Shown here: positions 51,733 to 64,000 of the stretch, piece after piece
Position numbering within the stretch: position 1 is the stretch's first letter
How the letters are laid out: each line of letters begins with the position of its first letter
Assembly: GCA_964057225.1 (NCBI GenBank)
Contig: OZ059897.1
Coordinates: 12,400,001-12,464,000, forward strand
DNA: 64,000 nt
DNA from: Auanema rhodensis
Lineage: Eukaryota; Animalia; Nematoda
Reading direction: 5' to 3'
The notes under the pieces: model-generated
What the model was told of the DNA's origin: nothing
Databases searched by the model: none
What the model saw: the letters and a program-made list of their open reading frames with translations, nothing else
Translations under genes and position numbers: made by a program

Positions 51733-54700
51733 GAGCAGAACGAATAGGACTATTGGAGGGTATTAGGAGATATATGTAGTTGGGACTGAGTAGTGGTAGT
51801 GGTAGTATAAGATAGACTGTAGGATAGCTAAATGGTTTCTGAAGGCCAATTCTCTTTTTGTTCGTCTTATTTCGTGCGATTCTCTAGTAGCCAATCTATA
51901 TACATCCCTACATCCCTATCTTCACGATTCTATCGGCTATCCTATCTTTCTCTGAATTATATCTCTATTCTTCTCGTGTTCTTCATCCCCCTTCCCCTTT
52001 TCCCCTCTACACCATCACCTCTATAACGAACTTAGAGTCATCTTTTCTTCACCGTGTCTTCTGTTGTCTTCAAACATGTACCATATACAGGTGATACACC
52101 TACGTCTCGTTCGTTAATATCTACTGCATATTTCTCTTTACATGTTCTTCTTATCGTTTAAATCACATATCTTCCAAATACTGCTTGACCTACCTATCTT
52201 CTCATTTTTTCTTTCTCGGCCTTAGTAGTTCATAACTTGTCTCGAATTTGGCATCTTGTTATTTGATTGGAATAGATTTATACAGGTAATTCTTATACTA
52301 TGCATCAGTATAGTTCCGTGTTCTGTGCGAAAGTTCTTTCAAAACTAACCGTTTTACATAGTTTTTATATCACTTTAAGCGTCAAAGTTCATAGCTTTCC
52401 CATCTTTTTTTCACTTTTTTTCTCTTCAACTTTTTTCTGTTCATTTTTCTATTTTAACTTTTTAAAAAAGTATAGCTAAATCATCTGTATTCCTATTCAG
52501 ATTTCTCTTCATTTCTACCTTTTTCATCTTCTTTCTCTCACTTCTTCCGAATTGGAAACTTGTTCGCGCACCAGGCAAACTCATTGGAACGACAAACGAG
52601 GAAAAAAAGGTGAGGATTCATGCTTATTTCACAGTGGCAATGGCTAGTTCATCTATTCATATGGGCTAAGCTACTAAGCTTGCATGAGTGAAAACTATTC
52701 AAAATCCTGTCAGTCTTTTCCAAAGACACTATGAAGATTATCTTATTATTTGAAAGCCTAAATGCTATGAAATTCTTTTTTATTTTCTGTCACTATTCTA
52801 TCATCTTCATCGACATCTTCTCCATATTCAATGTAATTTGTTTCATGATGTAACACATTTTACCCAACTTTTAATGTTATGTATTTCCTCATTTTTGGAA
52901 TACAATTGCCTTTCATTCATTTTTTGATGTTCGTTCCACCTATTCTTTCGAATCCCATTTCTGCATCACCTTATCCAGATCTTTTTTTATTGAAGAACTG
53001 TCGCCTGGAAGCTAATCTGATGAATTCTCAATTTCCCAGGCCAATCAAATGAGGTGAAGAGATGTGTATCCTGCTGTGAGATGAGCTATGTTCTTTGTGA
53101 AAATCTGTTTCTTCATTGCCTTCTGTCATTTTCGTCAAGTTTTGTGAAATGCGAAATAGACAGATTGGCGGTTAAATATCTGAAACTCTGAACTTTCTGA
53201 CAACTTCTTTTGATTACCTCACTTGAATAAGTATAGTTAAAGGCATGTCGTAACATAGTTAAGAAGTTTTGTTCTATGATTCTTCTTCAATGACGTCAAA
53301 ATTTTTTAATATTCGATATTCTCGCAAATCGTTACATCAACTATGATCTCAAGAATGCAATATCTAGCTTATAATTAACTTTCTTTTTTCAGTTTTTCAT
53401 TGAAAAAAACGCCCTTTTTGCTTTATTGATTATATGATAAACTTATTTATTCTATACAATAAAATCTTCTTTTATTCTTTATTTTTATTTTAAATTTCTA
53501 TTTTATACATCACGATTTATATGATTTTTCATTGATTTTTTAAAAATTTTACTTTTAATATCTATCATCAATTATGCCATTTTTATTTCTATTTCTAATG
53601 GCTATATACATACATCTATCGAAATTCTATGACATTAATGTTTTAGCAATTTACTACACTGAGTTGTAGAGATCATCTTGCTACAAATCGTAAATGTATT
53701 TTTCTTCCTGCAATTACCAAAATTTCATGATTTTTGCGAACGGGGCACCACCACCACCATCGGAGAAAAACTTTTAAACGCTAAATTTTTTAAATGTCGA
53801 GGACGACTAACAGGAAAACTTGTGTGTTTTCGCGTGAGTCTGTGTGACTGTGGGGGCTCTCACAAACAGCTTTGGTACTTTTATACTCATTCTATATTTC
53901 TCTTGTTATGGGTTACGAGAACTTCAATAATGTGATCATCGGATAGATGGTCACTTCTGTTGATAAAATCACTGCAACATACACGTTGCCGGTGCTAGAT
54001 GGACGCCACGATGACGCCTACACCCAAATGACGACATCTGCACTTGGACTTTGTACGGCGAATTTCCTTCCAGCCGAGAGTCAATTTGAAATGCAGCAAT
54101 ATAAGAGAGAATGACAAAGGAAGACGAAGACAGTGAAGTCAGGCAAGCAACAGGATTATCCCATCCGTGTCCTCCCTGTGTTAGGATGGCTAGGGAACGA
54201 TTTGCTTTTCCTTTTCTTGCTTTTCGCTCTCTCTTTCTCTCTTTCTCTTGTCGTCGTCTCCCTCTCTCGGAACCTTGTTCTTACTCTGTCTTCCTTTTCA
54301 TTTCTTGTCGTACAGAAACGAGATGGTTGATTCGAAAAGCCGACCAACCATGACGACAGCCATGGTCTTCTTGACCCTCCTTCTATCATTTATTTTTCTG
54401 GTGAAGAAGCGTCGCTAGTTGAAACAGCTTGATACAAGGCGCATTATTTTAGATTGAATCTCTTTTCTTTTGAAATAAGAACAAAATTATTTTATTTTTG
54501 TCTCGAAGGCATATGATTATGCATATTTGGCTAATATCATCTAAGTTGCATTTGCTTACCATTTAAGTTGAAAGTGAAAAAGTTGAAAACCGCTAGAGCA
54601 ACTTAAAGAAAATCGAAAAAAATATGATAAATTCGCTTTCCCTTTCACTTTGGTCATAACCCTTTATGCTTTCTTCTGCTGTCAGTGTTCCCAAACCTTA

Positions 54701-55006
54701 GAAATTCATACCCTTGTCTGCATTATCAACTTCTGCAGCATCTGTTCATTGTCTGTGTCTTATTCAGACGTTCCTATCTCTCTTGATTTTGCATGATATT
54801 TCTTTATTTTACTATCTCTGTAGGGTATCTGTAACCTTTCAAGCCTTCTATGATTGTTGTTGCCATTCAAACCTGCTATTGTCTATATAAGGCAATTGTA
54901 ACCTAATGTTACCTACAGTTCTCCAATATCATGAACATATATTTCTCTTAACTGTCTAACTTATTCTAGTCAAATACTTTATTTGTTGTATTATAGTCTC
55001 GTGGCA

Positions 55007-55915
55007 ATGAGTCTTCGTGGAATTTTACTTGTCAGCCTTCCAATTCTTGTATCAGCTATGGTAATATGGCCAGAAATAACTCAAGACGATGGACATTTTT
55101 TGAAACCCAAGCCAAGAAATTGGAGGGAGAAACATCTGGGACAATGGTGTCGGAATTTCACAGTCCACAAGTAGGTTATGCTAATCTTTTTTTGTGTTTG
55201 TTGCATAAATTTGATTTCTGATCCAATGTCTACATTTGAAATAATGAAAGTATAAATGCTTATCTGAATTTAAGATCACGCGTTCGTCTTTTTTTCTTGA
55301 AAAATACTATTTTTTTAAATTTTTTCTTGTATTTCTTACGTCAGTTTATATAGTAATGTTTTTTTATTCAATAAGTCATTAGAAGAGATAAAGAGAGTTA
55401 AGGAAAGAGAGATTGTGATCAAGAGAGAAATAGAATGCGAAAGAATTGAGTTATCTATTCTCATTTGACAACAAACAAATAAAAGTTTTAAATGCTTACT
55501 TGATTACTTGATTACCTGATTGATTGTTCATGAAGTTACTTCTTTTCAGACATACTCAGTGTCCAGAAGCTACAATGTTCCATGAATATCATTGCTGCGG
55601 TGAAACAAACACAGAATGTTGTTTTGCCATACAAGGATGGGTAAGTATATTCACAAGTATAATAAACAATAAAAATGTTGATGACCTAATTAAAACTTTT
55701 CTCATTTCAAAAAAACATTTTCAAATGAAAACTCAACAGACATAACCTTCCATTGAAACAAACATTTTTTTTCTTTTCAGCTTTATGTACTTGGTGGAAT
55801 TTCATCAATTACTACATCAGCCATATTCATTTTTTATATTTTATTAAAAATGAATAAGATTTGTTTGCCAAACAGTTATACATCTAAGCCAGCATATGTT
55901 AGTGGGCAACTTTAA
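55007..55915 (+). CDS. Single-pass membrane protein with Shisa-like/CX Cys-rich ectodomain
   Basis: Exons 55007-55170, 55550-55640, 55781-55915: signal peptide, WC..QCP...YHCCG....ECCF, then W plus a TM helix (LYVLGGISSITTSAIFIFYILL) and a short tail. Confidence 0.85.
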
Positions 55916-58343
55916 AACATTTCTCAATTTGTTTTCCTCAAATTACTTTATATTAACATTTAATTATATGATCCGCCATCAAGCCAATAACATAATCAAA
56001 ATCAGCTTTTTTCCCTTTTATTCGTTAAACAACCATTGTTTACCATCACCCCACGAACTTTCTAGCAAATCTTAAATAACTACTAAGTGACATAAGACAT
56101 ATAAGCGGGTACGGTATGAAAACGACTGATTCCCGGTTCCGAACTAGTCTCTGACTGATGATGTCCCTCTTCACCCCCAAAACTATAGAATATGCTCATT
56201 ATGGAAGAAGTCATACCACTCTTACTATTCTGTTTTTGTTGAGCTAATTATTATTATTATAATGTTTTCTTTTTTTTTTATTTGAAAAGAAACAAAGAAA
56301 TATGACAAAATTTTGGTATATTTTTCCTATTTTACTGTTTCATTCATGGGTTTGTTCCAAGAGAAAACGTAAAAAATTTTTTTTCTTTCCAATTTCATTC
56401 TATTCACTAGTTATGTTTATCACAGAGTTTTATCATCACATTATGGAGATTCTTTATTCAGTTCAACAACACTTCAATCAAATATTGTTTTTGATGTTTG
56501 CCGTACAAGCACCAACTTTTTAAAATCCTCAGTAGTTCTTACTTCTTATAAATTCTCAATTTTTTTTGTTTTATTTTTAGTTAAATCTCTAAACATTTAT
56601 TGTTTGATAACTCCTTGAGATTTGCTAAGGATGTACGGGTTTTCCATACCACATGGATCTATGATCCTCATATCTCCAACATATTTTTCCGTCTATTCTA
56701 TTAGTCTGTGTACAGTAATATTGAAATTTGTAAAAAAAATATTGTTCGTTAACCGTTCAAAGAAAATAAACGATTAATATACATATGTGTTACTTCTTTT
56801 TTTATTAATTGAGCAACTATGAGCCAGATAATATGATCAAGAAATACTTGAATAGATGATCAACCGATTATTACGACTTCAACATTAAAAATAAAAATAA
56901 AATTCCACGTTTAATTAACACTTCTCATATGAATATTGATAAAAAATAATTAATTATAGATGTTTCACAGTATATAAAGTTACTCAAAAACAAAAAAAAA
57001 TTTATTATTCGCAAAAAATGTTTAAAAAAAACTTTGCTCGAAACCAAAAAAAAAACGGTTAATTTAATTTCATTGTTGTAATTATATGCTATGATTTAAT
57101 AATAAATACTTTCAAATAAGACTATAAATAGCTTTAATATCTAGTAAAATTCTAGGTTTTTTCAGACAAACATGTTCACTTTAGCTTGTAACTTTCACAC
57201 ACCGTGTTACATAACAGTAGTATCATTATGACTAGAAATTTGAGTATCTTCCATGTGTCTCCTCGTTGTCGTGGTTGCTAGATTGACAGGAAACACATAT
57301 ATATACACATATGAACGAAAAGAGTAAAGGGAAAGGAGCTTGGACAGCCTGAGTGGTCTGCCAGCAAAGCATTACTCTCCTTTCTCTGTCTCCCTCATAG
57401 ATCGCGCGTACTCGAATGTTTTCTCTCACACATTTCCCGCCTCCCTTCCCTCATTTGGAAAAAAGTGGGTGTGGCTAAGATCAATAGGTCTGTCATGACA
57501 ACGCTTTCCTCTGGTTGGGCTCAACTCATATGAAGAGAAGTTTCTGTCTGCTTCAAGAACCGGGATGGATGGACCGCCCTCCGCTTAATCTGCTCAGGTT
57601 GTTCTAGCCAGCATCTACCTATTCCTACTCAATCCATGTAATTAAACGCATGTCAGATATATTTTTCCGGATTATTCACAACATTCATTGGCTTAACGCC
57701 TATTTCTGTATTTTATACTAAAAAATTAATATTATTCTTAGTATTTATTTTACATTTTTTCACTTCTTTGTAGTTGTTCACCTTAAAAATTTAAAGTTTT
57801 TGTTTATTAAAGTCGAAAAATATTTTTTTTTCTATTTTTTTGACTTCCTAAAGATTAAAAAAAAAAAGAATTCTAAAAACTATTTTTTTTTGTTCAATAT
57901 GAGCATAATAAAGTCATAGTAGAAGTTTTTTTCGTTCTAAATATTTGAAATATGAATCAAAGCAATTTAGTTTTCTCCTATTTTTTTTGTATTTCTATGT
58001 TTGTAGCATAAAATGATTAAAAATTATAAAATGTTTTATTCCATTATCTTATTATTTTGTATTTAATACTTTTTCTGTTTTGTACATCATATGTAGTAGC
58101 TCATTAAAATTATTATTTTCAGCTAATTAACTATTCTAGTTTTGCAAAATATCTTAGAAAAGCCTACTTTTCTAGTTCTTTAGTTCTGTTAAATAGCCTA
58201 ATTTTCTTACTTTCGTGTTCGTTTTTGTAATCAAATTATTTACTAAGTTATATTCATCTTTGTTTCCTTTTCTGTGTTACCTTCTTTGCAATGTTAACGA
58301 GATACATACTTTTTCAGTTTGATGTTTGACTTCTGATATTCAA

Positions 58344-58428
58344 ATGATGACATTACCAGTCGTCCAATTGTTTCTTCTTATTGTATTCTTGACATTCCCC
58401 TATGTTGCGGATTCTGTGGTTTTTCAAG
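58344..58428 (+). CDS. First (signal-peptide) exon of a gene that probably continues beyond the window
   Basis: TTTTTCAG acceptor ending at 58317, MMTLPVVQLFLLIVFLTFPYVADSVVFQ, then an AAG|GTACGT donor. No convincing second exon found before 64000. Confidence 0.55.
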
Positions 58429-61400
58429 GTACGTCAACTTTTCGCTCGTTTTCCTGTTTGTCGCACGTTTTTTTGCTCCAAAATTTCCATTTTTCAAAGA
58501 AAATTGTCTCATGATAAGAACTCAAATCGTCTTTTAAATCACTTTTTCTGTCCTCTGAGAAGGAAATTGAATTGAAAATTATTTTTTTTTTGCATCCTTT
58601 TGCTTGGAGAGGATTACTAGAATACTTATGACTGCTGGGATGAAGTACTTGAAAGCTATGTATGTCGCTTAAGGGTAAAACATTGAATTTTCATCATTAT
58701 CAGAATGTCTTGTTCCATTTGCTATTTCATCTAAATATAAAAAAAAAACATTTGCTTTGGTACAGCTCTTCATGAAAAAGCAGTTGAATCGAAAAGAGTG
58801 ACTATCCTTCAATGTTCTATTAGGAAGGGACGAATCATGTATATGTTTTTGGAAATCATGAAAAATTGCTATTCTGATTGAATTTGCAAAGAATAAGTGG
58901 CATTTACTTGTTTCTGTCTTTTCTTACATTTGAAGTATACTTTATTAATGTTGCTTCCGGCTATTCTACTTTAACTAAAAATAAATAAAAAATTTAAAAA
59001 ATTTATAAATTCGCATCAATCTGAATGATTTGTTAATAGTTTCACGAAAATTTCTATTACTTCATTGCACATACTTGGAGGAAAAAAAGCCAATTTCTTC
59101 ATATGACAAGAATTTTTTTTGTTGAAACGTGTGAACAAAGCATACCTTAGGTTTCAAATTGATTTTTCGTAAATGTTGTTGAAGAAAAGAAAGTTTCGTT
59201 GGTATTATATAAGCTTTGGGGGTATGTAGACGTTACCCATCATCTAGCAGTTATCTTGATATATGCTTTCTTCTCTCAGCTCTCTCATATTTATCAATGT
59301 TACTATATTAAGATACATAAATTGCAATTTACTGTAGGTAATTTCTTTTGCAACAAAACTTAGTAAAGGTATATAACGAACCGGTTCACTTATCTGTCTG
59401 TCATGGGTCCCAGAAAGTAATGTCAACATTTGAAAGAAGGAGTTTCGTTTAAAACTTTTTTTACATTTTGGTTGTTTAACATCAAATGAAATTGCCTTCA
59501 TAAAAGGTAGAAAAGCTCTGAATAATGAAGAGCGAAGAGCGGAAAATGATGAAAGAGATAGAGGCTTGGATGGATGGGAGAAGGAAAATAGAAAATAGCT
59601 TGCAAAGTGAAAACCTTCAAAGCTAATTGACTGAAGAGTTGCTTATATTGAACTCATTCTCCTTTTTTTTAGATGAATGAATTCATTCTAGATTTTTGTT
59701 CCCTTTATCGAAGTTTCTTTCTTTTTCATTTTTTTAAAACATTTTTTGTTTTTAAGAGATGTAAAGAGTTATAGCAACAAACTGAATTATCGTTGAACTT
59801 AGTTCCAAAGTTACAGAAAGATTTTCACCAAATATACAATTATTTGATGATATGTAAGGTTTTAACTAATAGTTTTTCCTTCTTTTCTATCCCTTTCGTC
59901 TTTCAATTTTCGTTTTTTTCTGGTCCAAACAAATATTTACTCGTGCACTAGACAAGGTATTGTCAATGCTATTTCTGAATGTTTTCCAAAGATTTCAGAG
60001 CATTGGCACGATGTTAAAGCTGGAAGGGATTGCAACCTTCATTTACAATAAAATCGGCTTTTTAATGTCTAATTGGAGTCTTAATTGGTCAACTTCTTTA
60101 TTTTCTAATTTCTTGAAGTACTACATCTCTGCCCTTGCAATAACTTCATACAATTTGTAGAAGTAAGGAAGCACTGATCCATTGAGCTATGCCAATTGTT
60201 TTGTGCATGAAGGGAGCAAAAGGCTTTTTTTTTACTAAATCAAGTTTTTTTGTTCTCAACGAAAAATTTTAAAAGAGAATGAAAAAAAACCCTAACATGA
60301 ATGTAGAAGCTAGAATCAAGGATGGAGGGATACTGGCTCTAGGGATGGTAGTGCGGATTACTTCCAGCCAATGCACAGTGACAATTTTCTCGTTGTTCAT
60401 CTCTTCCGTAAAAGGAAAGAGAGCGTAAAGTTGTGGTATTTGCCATAGTTGAACATTCAGCCAACCATAGAAGGCTCTCTATCTATTTCTCATACTCTCT
60501 TGAACTCTCTGCCCATTACTCTTCCAGTTTATCTATTAGTAGGTAGTTAAAATACGAAGAACTTTATTAAATTTCAAAATCTGGTCTCATTAAAAAGGAT
60601 AGGGGGTTAGATAGTTCGTCAATACGTATATATATAAATATAAATATATATTTTCATAAAAATATTTGATTAAAGTAAAAGTATCTTTTAATTTTAATTA
60701 ATTTCTACATTCTCTCATCTTACTCATCCTCATATATGATCGCATAAGACAATAGATTAATTCATTATGCTCATTATTCCTAATCGAAAGGCTTAAGCTT
60801 TATGCGGTAAGATTATGCTTGTCTGTGCTATGTATGCATCTATGAGCAGATGGCAAAGGGGAGAAGAAAGCTTAATAGATAGGACAGATTGAAAATAAGA
60901 CGAAAAGATTGAATCTTGCAATTCGTATGAATAAGGTTGACTATCATAAAGATGAGCATTGTTAAACAACTATGATATTGACTTCAATGAGAAAATTAGC
61001 TATTCTGTTGTTCAGACGACGTTTATAGCGTGACAGAAGACTTTTTCGTATCGCTTGAGAGATTATCTTCATCCAACTTGCTGAATTGAACTTCTGATAT
61101 TTCCTACGTCATCAGAAGTTTTAATATTTTTTCTGATCAATAGTTAGGTTAAGGCACATCTTCAAGTTTTTGTCTTTTTTTCTTAATAATAGAACAGATG
61201 GCTGGATTGTGGCGAAATAACAAATTAACAAACGCATAAACCATTATGCCAAATTAGCTTAAATTAATTAATTTGATTATTTATTATAATACAGTTAAAC
61301 ATATTACTATATCTATATCTATATATGATTTAGAATTCCATATATCTATGATTTTTCTTATTTTTGCTTCCAATATTTTCTAACTATACGATGTCACTTT

Positions 61401-64000
61401 GACATTGATGAAGGAACGCATATGTATTTCAGATAATAAATTTCATGATTGGCCATTGGAAGTTATATTGAATATTCAATACCCTAGAGGATTGCTTGTA
61501 CAATAGTTGGCTGATGATGATAGTTTATGATTTTCTTATATAAGTTATTAAAGGCCACCCATGCTATAGGATACTACTATTTCCGTTCCATATCAACATT
61601 CGTTTGATATGACTTTCATGATGAAAATATATATTTTCTTCATTGAATTTCTCGTGTATTATGGCTTATATGATATATTTCTGGAAAAAAATTCTTCTTG
61701 AGTATTGAAAGAATTTAAAATATTTCGCTTTTCCTTCCGGTACTACATCGCTCAGTTAGAGGGAGAAGAGAGATGGAGAATGAATAGGACAGGCAGGGGC
61801 AATGCAACTTAGTGAAACATGTATGAACATCTTTGTTTCTGGAAAAGAGAACGTCCTTTGAATATAAATATTATCGTTGTACATTCTATAAAAAAGAAGA
61901 AGAAGAACACAATGAAAATGAGAAATGAAGAAATGCATCCATGGCTTTCAAAAATTTATTTTGGAATTCTTCAAGTCAGTCACAGTCAGGCTCTCTATTT
62001 AATACTATATGAGAGGAAAGGAGTTTGCAAATTTAGAATAACTTAGTGTTCTCCTTTTTTTAGTTTTCTTTCCTTTATTTCCTGAACTTTTTAAAATTCG
62101 TAGCAGTAACTGAAATTTAAAATGTCTGCTTCAGAACAGACAAAGCGAGAAATTGGCAGAAGAAAGGCATCACAATTTTTGCTTTGACTGCTTGTGCGGC
62201 TTGTCCTTAGATCTCTACGATGTTTTAGCTCATCGTAGGAAGCTTGTAGCCTGCTTAATCCAATAAATGACGATGGCCAGTCATTGTGTCAAAATATTCG
62301 CCATGCCAGACATCGAAGAGAAAGAAATCTTGCGAAAATTAAATTTTGTTTCAGTAATCCAGTGGTATATTACCTTGCTGTTTTCAAAGTTTTCTCTATT
62401 TTATTGTCTCAAAATCTCTCTCTCTCTCTTTTTATTTCTCTTCCCTATTCTCTGTTAAACTTGTAACTTAGGGATCCCATGCTGCACAGGATCCGTCCCC
62501 TCGTGGGACTAAATCCACTCAACCAACAAGTTGTCTGAAACTAAATTGAAGTTAAATAGAATAAACAAATATCTGGAATAGCCTTTTAAACTCAGAAAAT
62601 TGGAGGGAAACAAGAAGATTGGTCATTGTATGTATCAGTATTTTAGAATTTATCCCTCTTCTACCGTTTAAGATGAAATACTATTTGATGTAAATGTAAT
62701 AATACAAAGTGATAAGAGAGATATATTGATAAATCTTAACTATATGTTATTTCAAAATGTGAAATGCCTATACTGGGTAGCAAATGAATGAAAATAGTGA
62801 ACTACTCTTAAAGAAAGCTAATGAAACGTCCATCTTAAATAGCCAATAGACATTAAAAAAAAAGATTGTTTCTCCATTTGATTAGGTAGTTACTCTTTAG
62901 AAATTTGCTTTACTTTTACTTTTCTTACTGACTTTCAGTTTGATCTTTTCCTTATTGGGGTATTAACCTCAATGCATCTGAGAGATAAAATAAGAGAAGA
63001 GAGAAAGGCTTTACTCTTCTCACCAAAGGCTGCATGGCGTTGTCCATAGCTTAGGGCTTTCGTGATTAAGACTAAAGAGAGAGAAACATTGTTAATTCCA
63101 ATAGTACGAGTTTCTGCTGAAGTTTTCAACTTCTTTTTTTGTTGAAAATATGTGAAAGGCATAATTACTAAATAGATAAATAGTAATTCTTTCTTGTTAC
63201 ATATACTATTGACAAATTTATAATATCATAACATAATATTATATAATTAACTTGATGTTTTGATGTTAATTGTTACTTATTTATTTAGTATCATATGTAA
63301 TATAACTATCTTGTTGACATGATGGTATATTATTCAGTTATAGAGCACTACACATCATATTCCTTTCTGATAATCTGACCAGCTCTTATGGTGTCATCGA
63401 GCATTATACATGCTTTCATTTGATTAGCTTCTCAATATTATGAATATTTTACTACATATATTAGTTATCTGTATATAAATTGAATGAGGTATATGTCTAT
63501 ACAAGTGCTAATGCATTACCTTCATCGATTTTTCTATCTATTAATGAATACTGGACTCTAGGTGAGAACATGTCAAATGGAACATGCAGGTGGGATAGGG
63601 GATTGAAAAGCATTGAGCACTAGCAAGTGCTTCAGTTACAACGAATAGGAAGGATTTTTATTACTTCGGATATACATATTTGGTCAATATACGGAAATAG
63701 AGAATATGAGATCTTTCTTATTAGTATGTTATACTGAGTATAAATTGTTAAATAACAAAGAATAATTCTTATTCAATTGTTGTTTTTTTTTTGATACAAA
63801 AAATAAAAAAAGATTATTAAAAATAAATATTGATAAAATAAATATCTAATTTATTCAATACAAAAACATTCCGTGAGCATTAAATAGCCTAATTATCTGA
63901 ATTGGAAATAAACTTTATATATCCAAGCTCGCGTGATTTGTTCCTCTTTAAATATTCCTTTAATGTTACAACATCTACACAAACTGCTGAAAATTTTGTT

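Noticed and set aside
52628-52638. TTCACAGTGGC, identical to the 5' end of vertebrate miR-27
   Set aside because: The match ends after 11 nt and the surrounding fold has large internal loops unlike a pre-miRNA.
52947-52965. TTCGAATCCC tRNA T-loop-like word
   Set aside because: No T-stem, D arm or acceptor stem.
55007-55915. A 'Wnt module' of the Shisa-like gene plus Dishevelled
   Set aside because: 23 kb apart with unrelated genes between; eukaryotic neighbourhood is not evidence of shared function.

Overview
Very AT-rich eukaryotic genomic DNA from a nematode, most likely a rhabditid/clade V-like species other than C. elegans. The basis is ~45-55 nt introns, trans-splice-like acceptors just before ATGs, and nematode-type gene families. 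I hand-spliced 13 multi-exon genes plus one orphan first exon: the 3' part of a rootletin-family coiled-coil gene, two GPI-anchored Ly-6-like proteins, a small basic secreted protein, PAICS (paic-1), an SLC7/APC amino-acid permease, Dishevelled (dsh-1-like), an sra/srab-class GPCR, a NOL7/Bud21-like protein, BLOC-1 subunit 4, a WRKY/FLYWCH/MULE-type zinc-finger protein, a secreted Cys-rich protein and a Shisa-like membrane protein. I recognised no tRNA, rRNA, SL RNA, CRISPR array or intact transposon. The most unusual signals are: (1) about one in five intron acceptors is AAG rather than YAG; (2) a ~133-nt multibranch fold at 46.3-46.5 kb whose imperfect pairs are G.U only on the minus strand; (3) apparent N- and C-terminal isoform switches in Dishevelled; (4) a likely domesticated Mutator-type DNA-binding gene. 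All gene models and folds were read by eye; no alignment or folding software was run.
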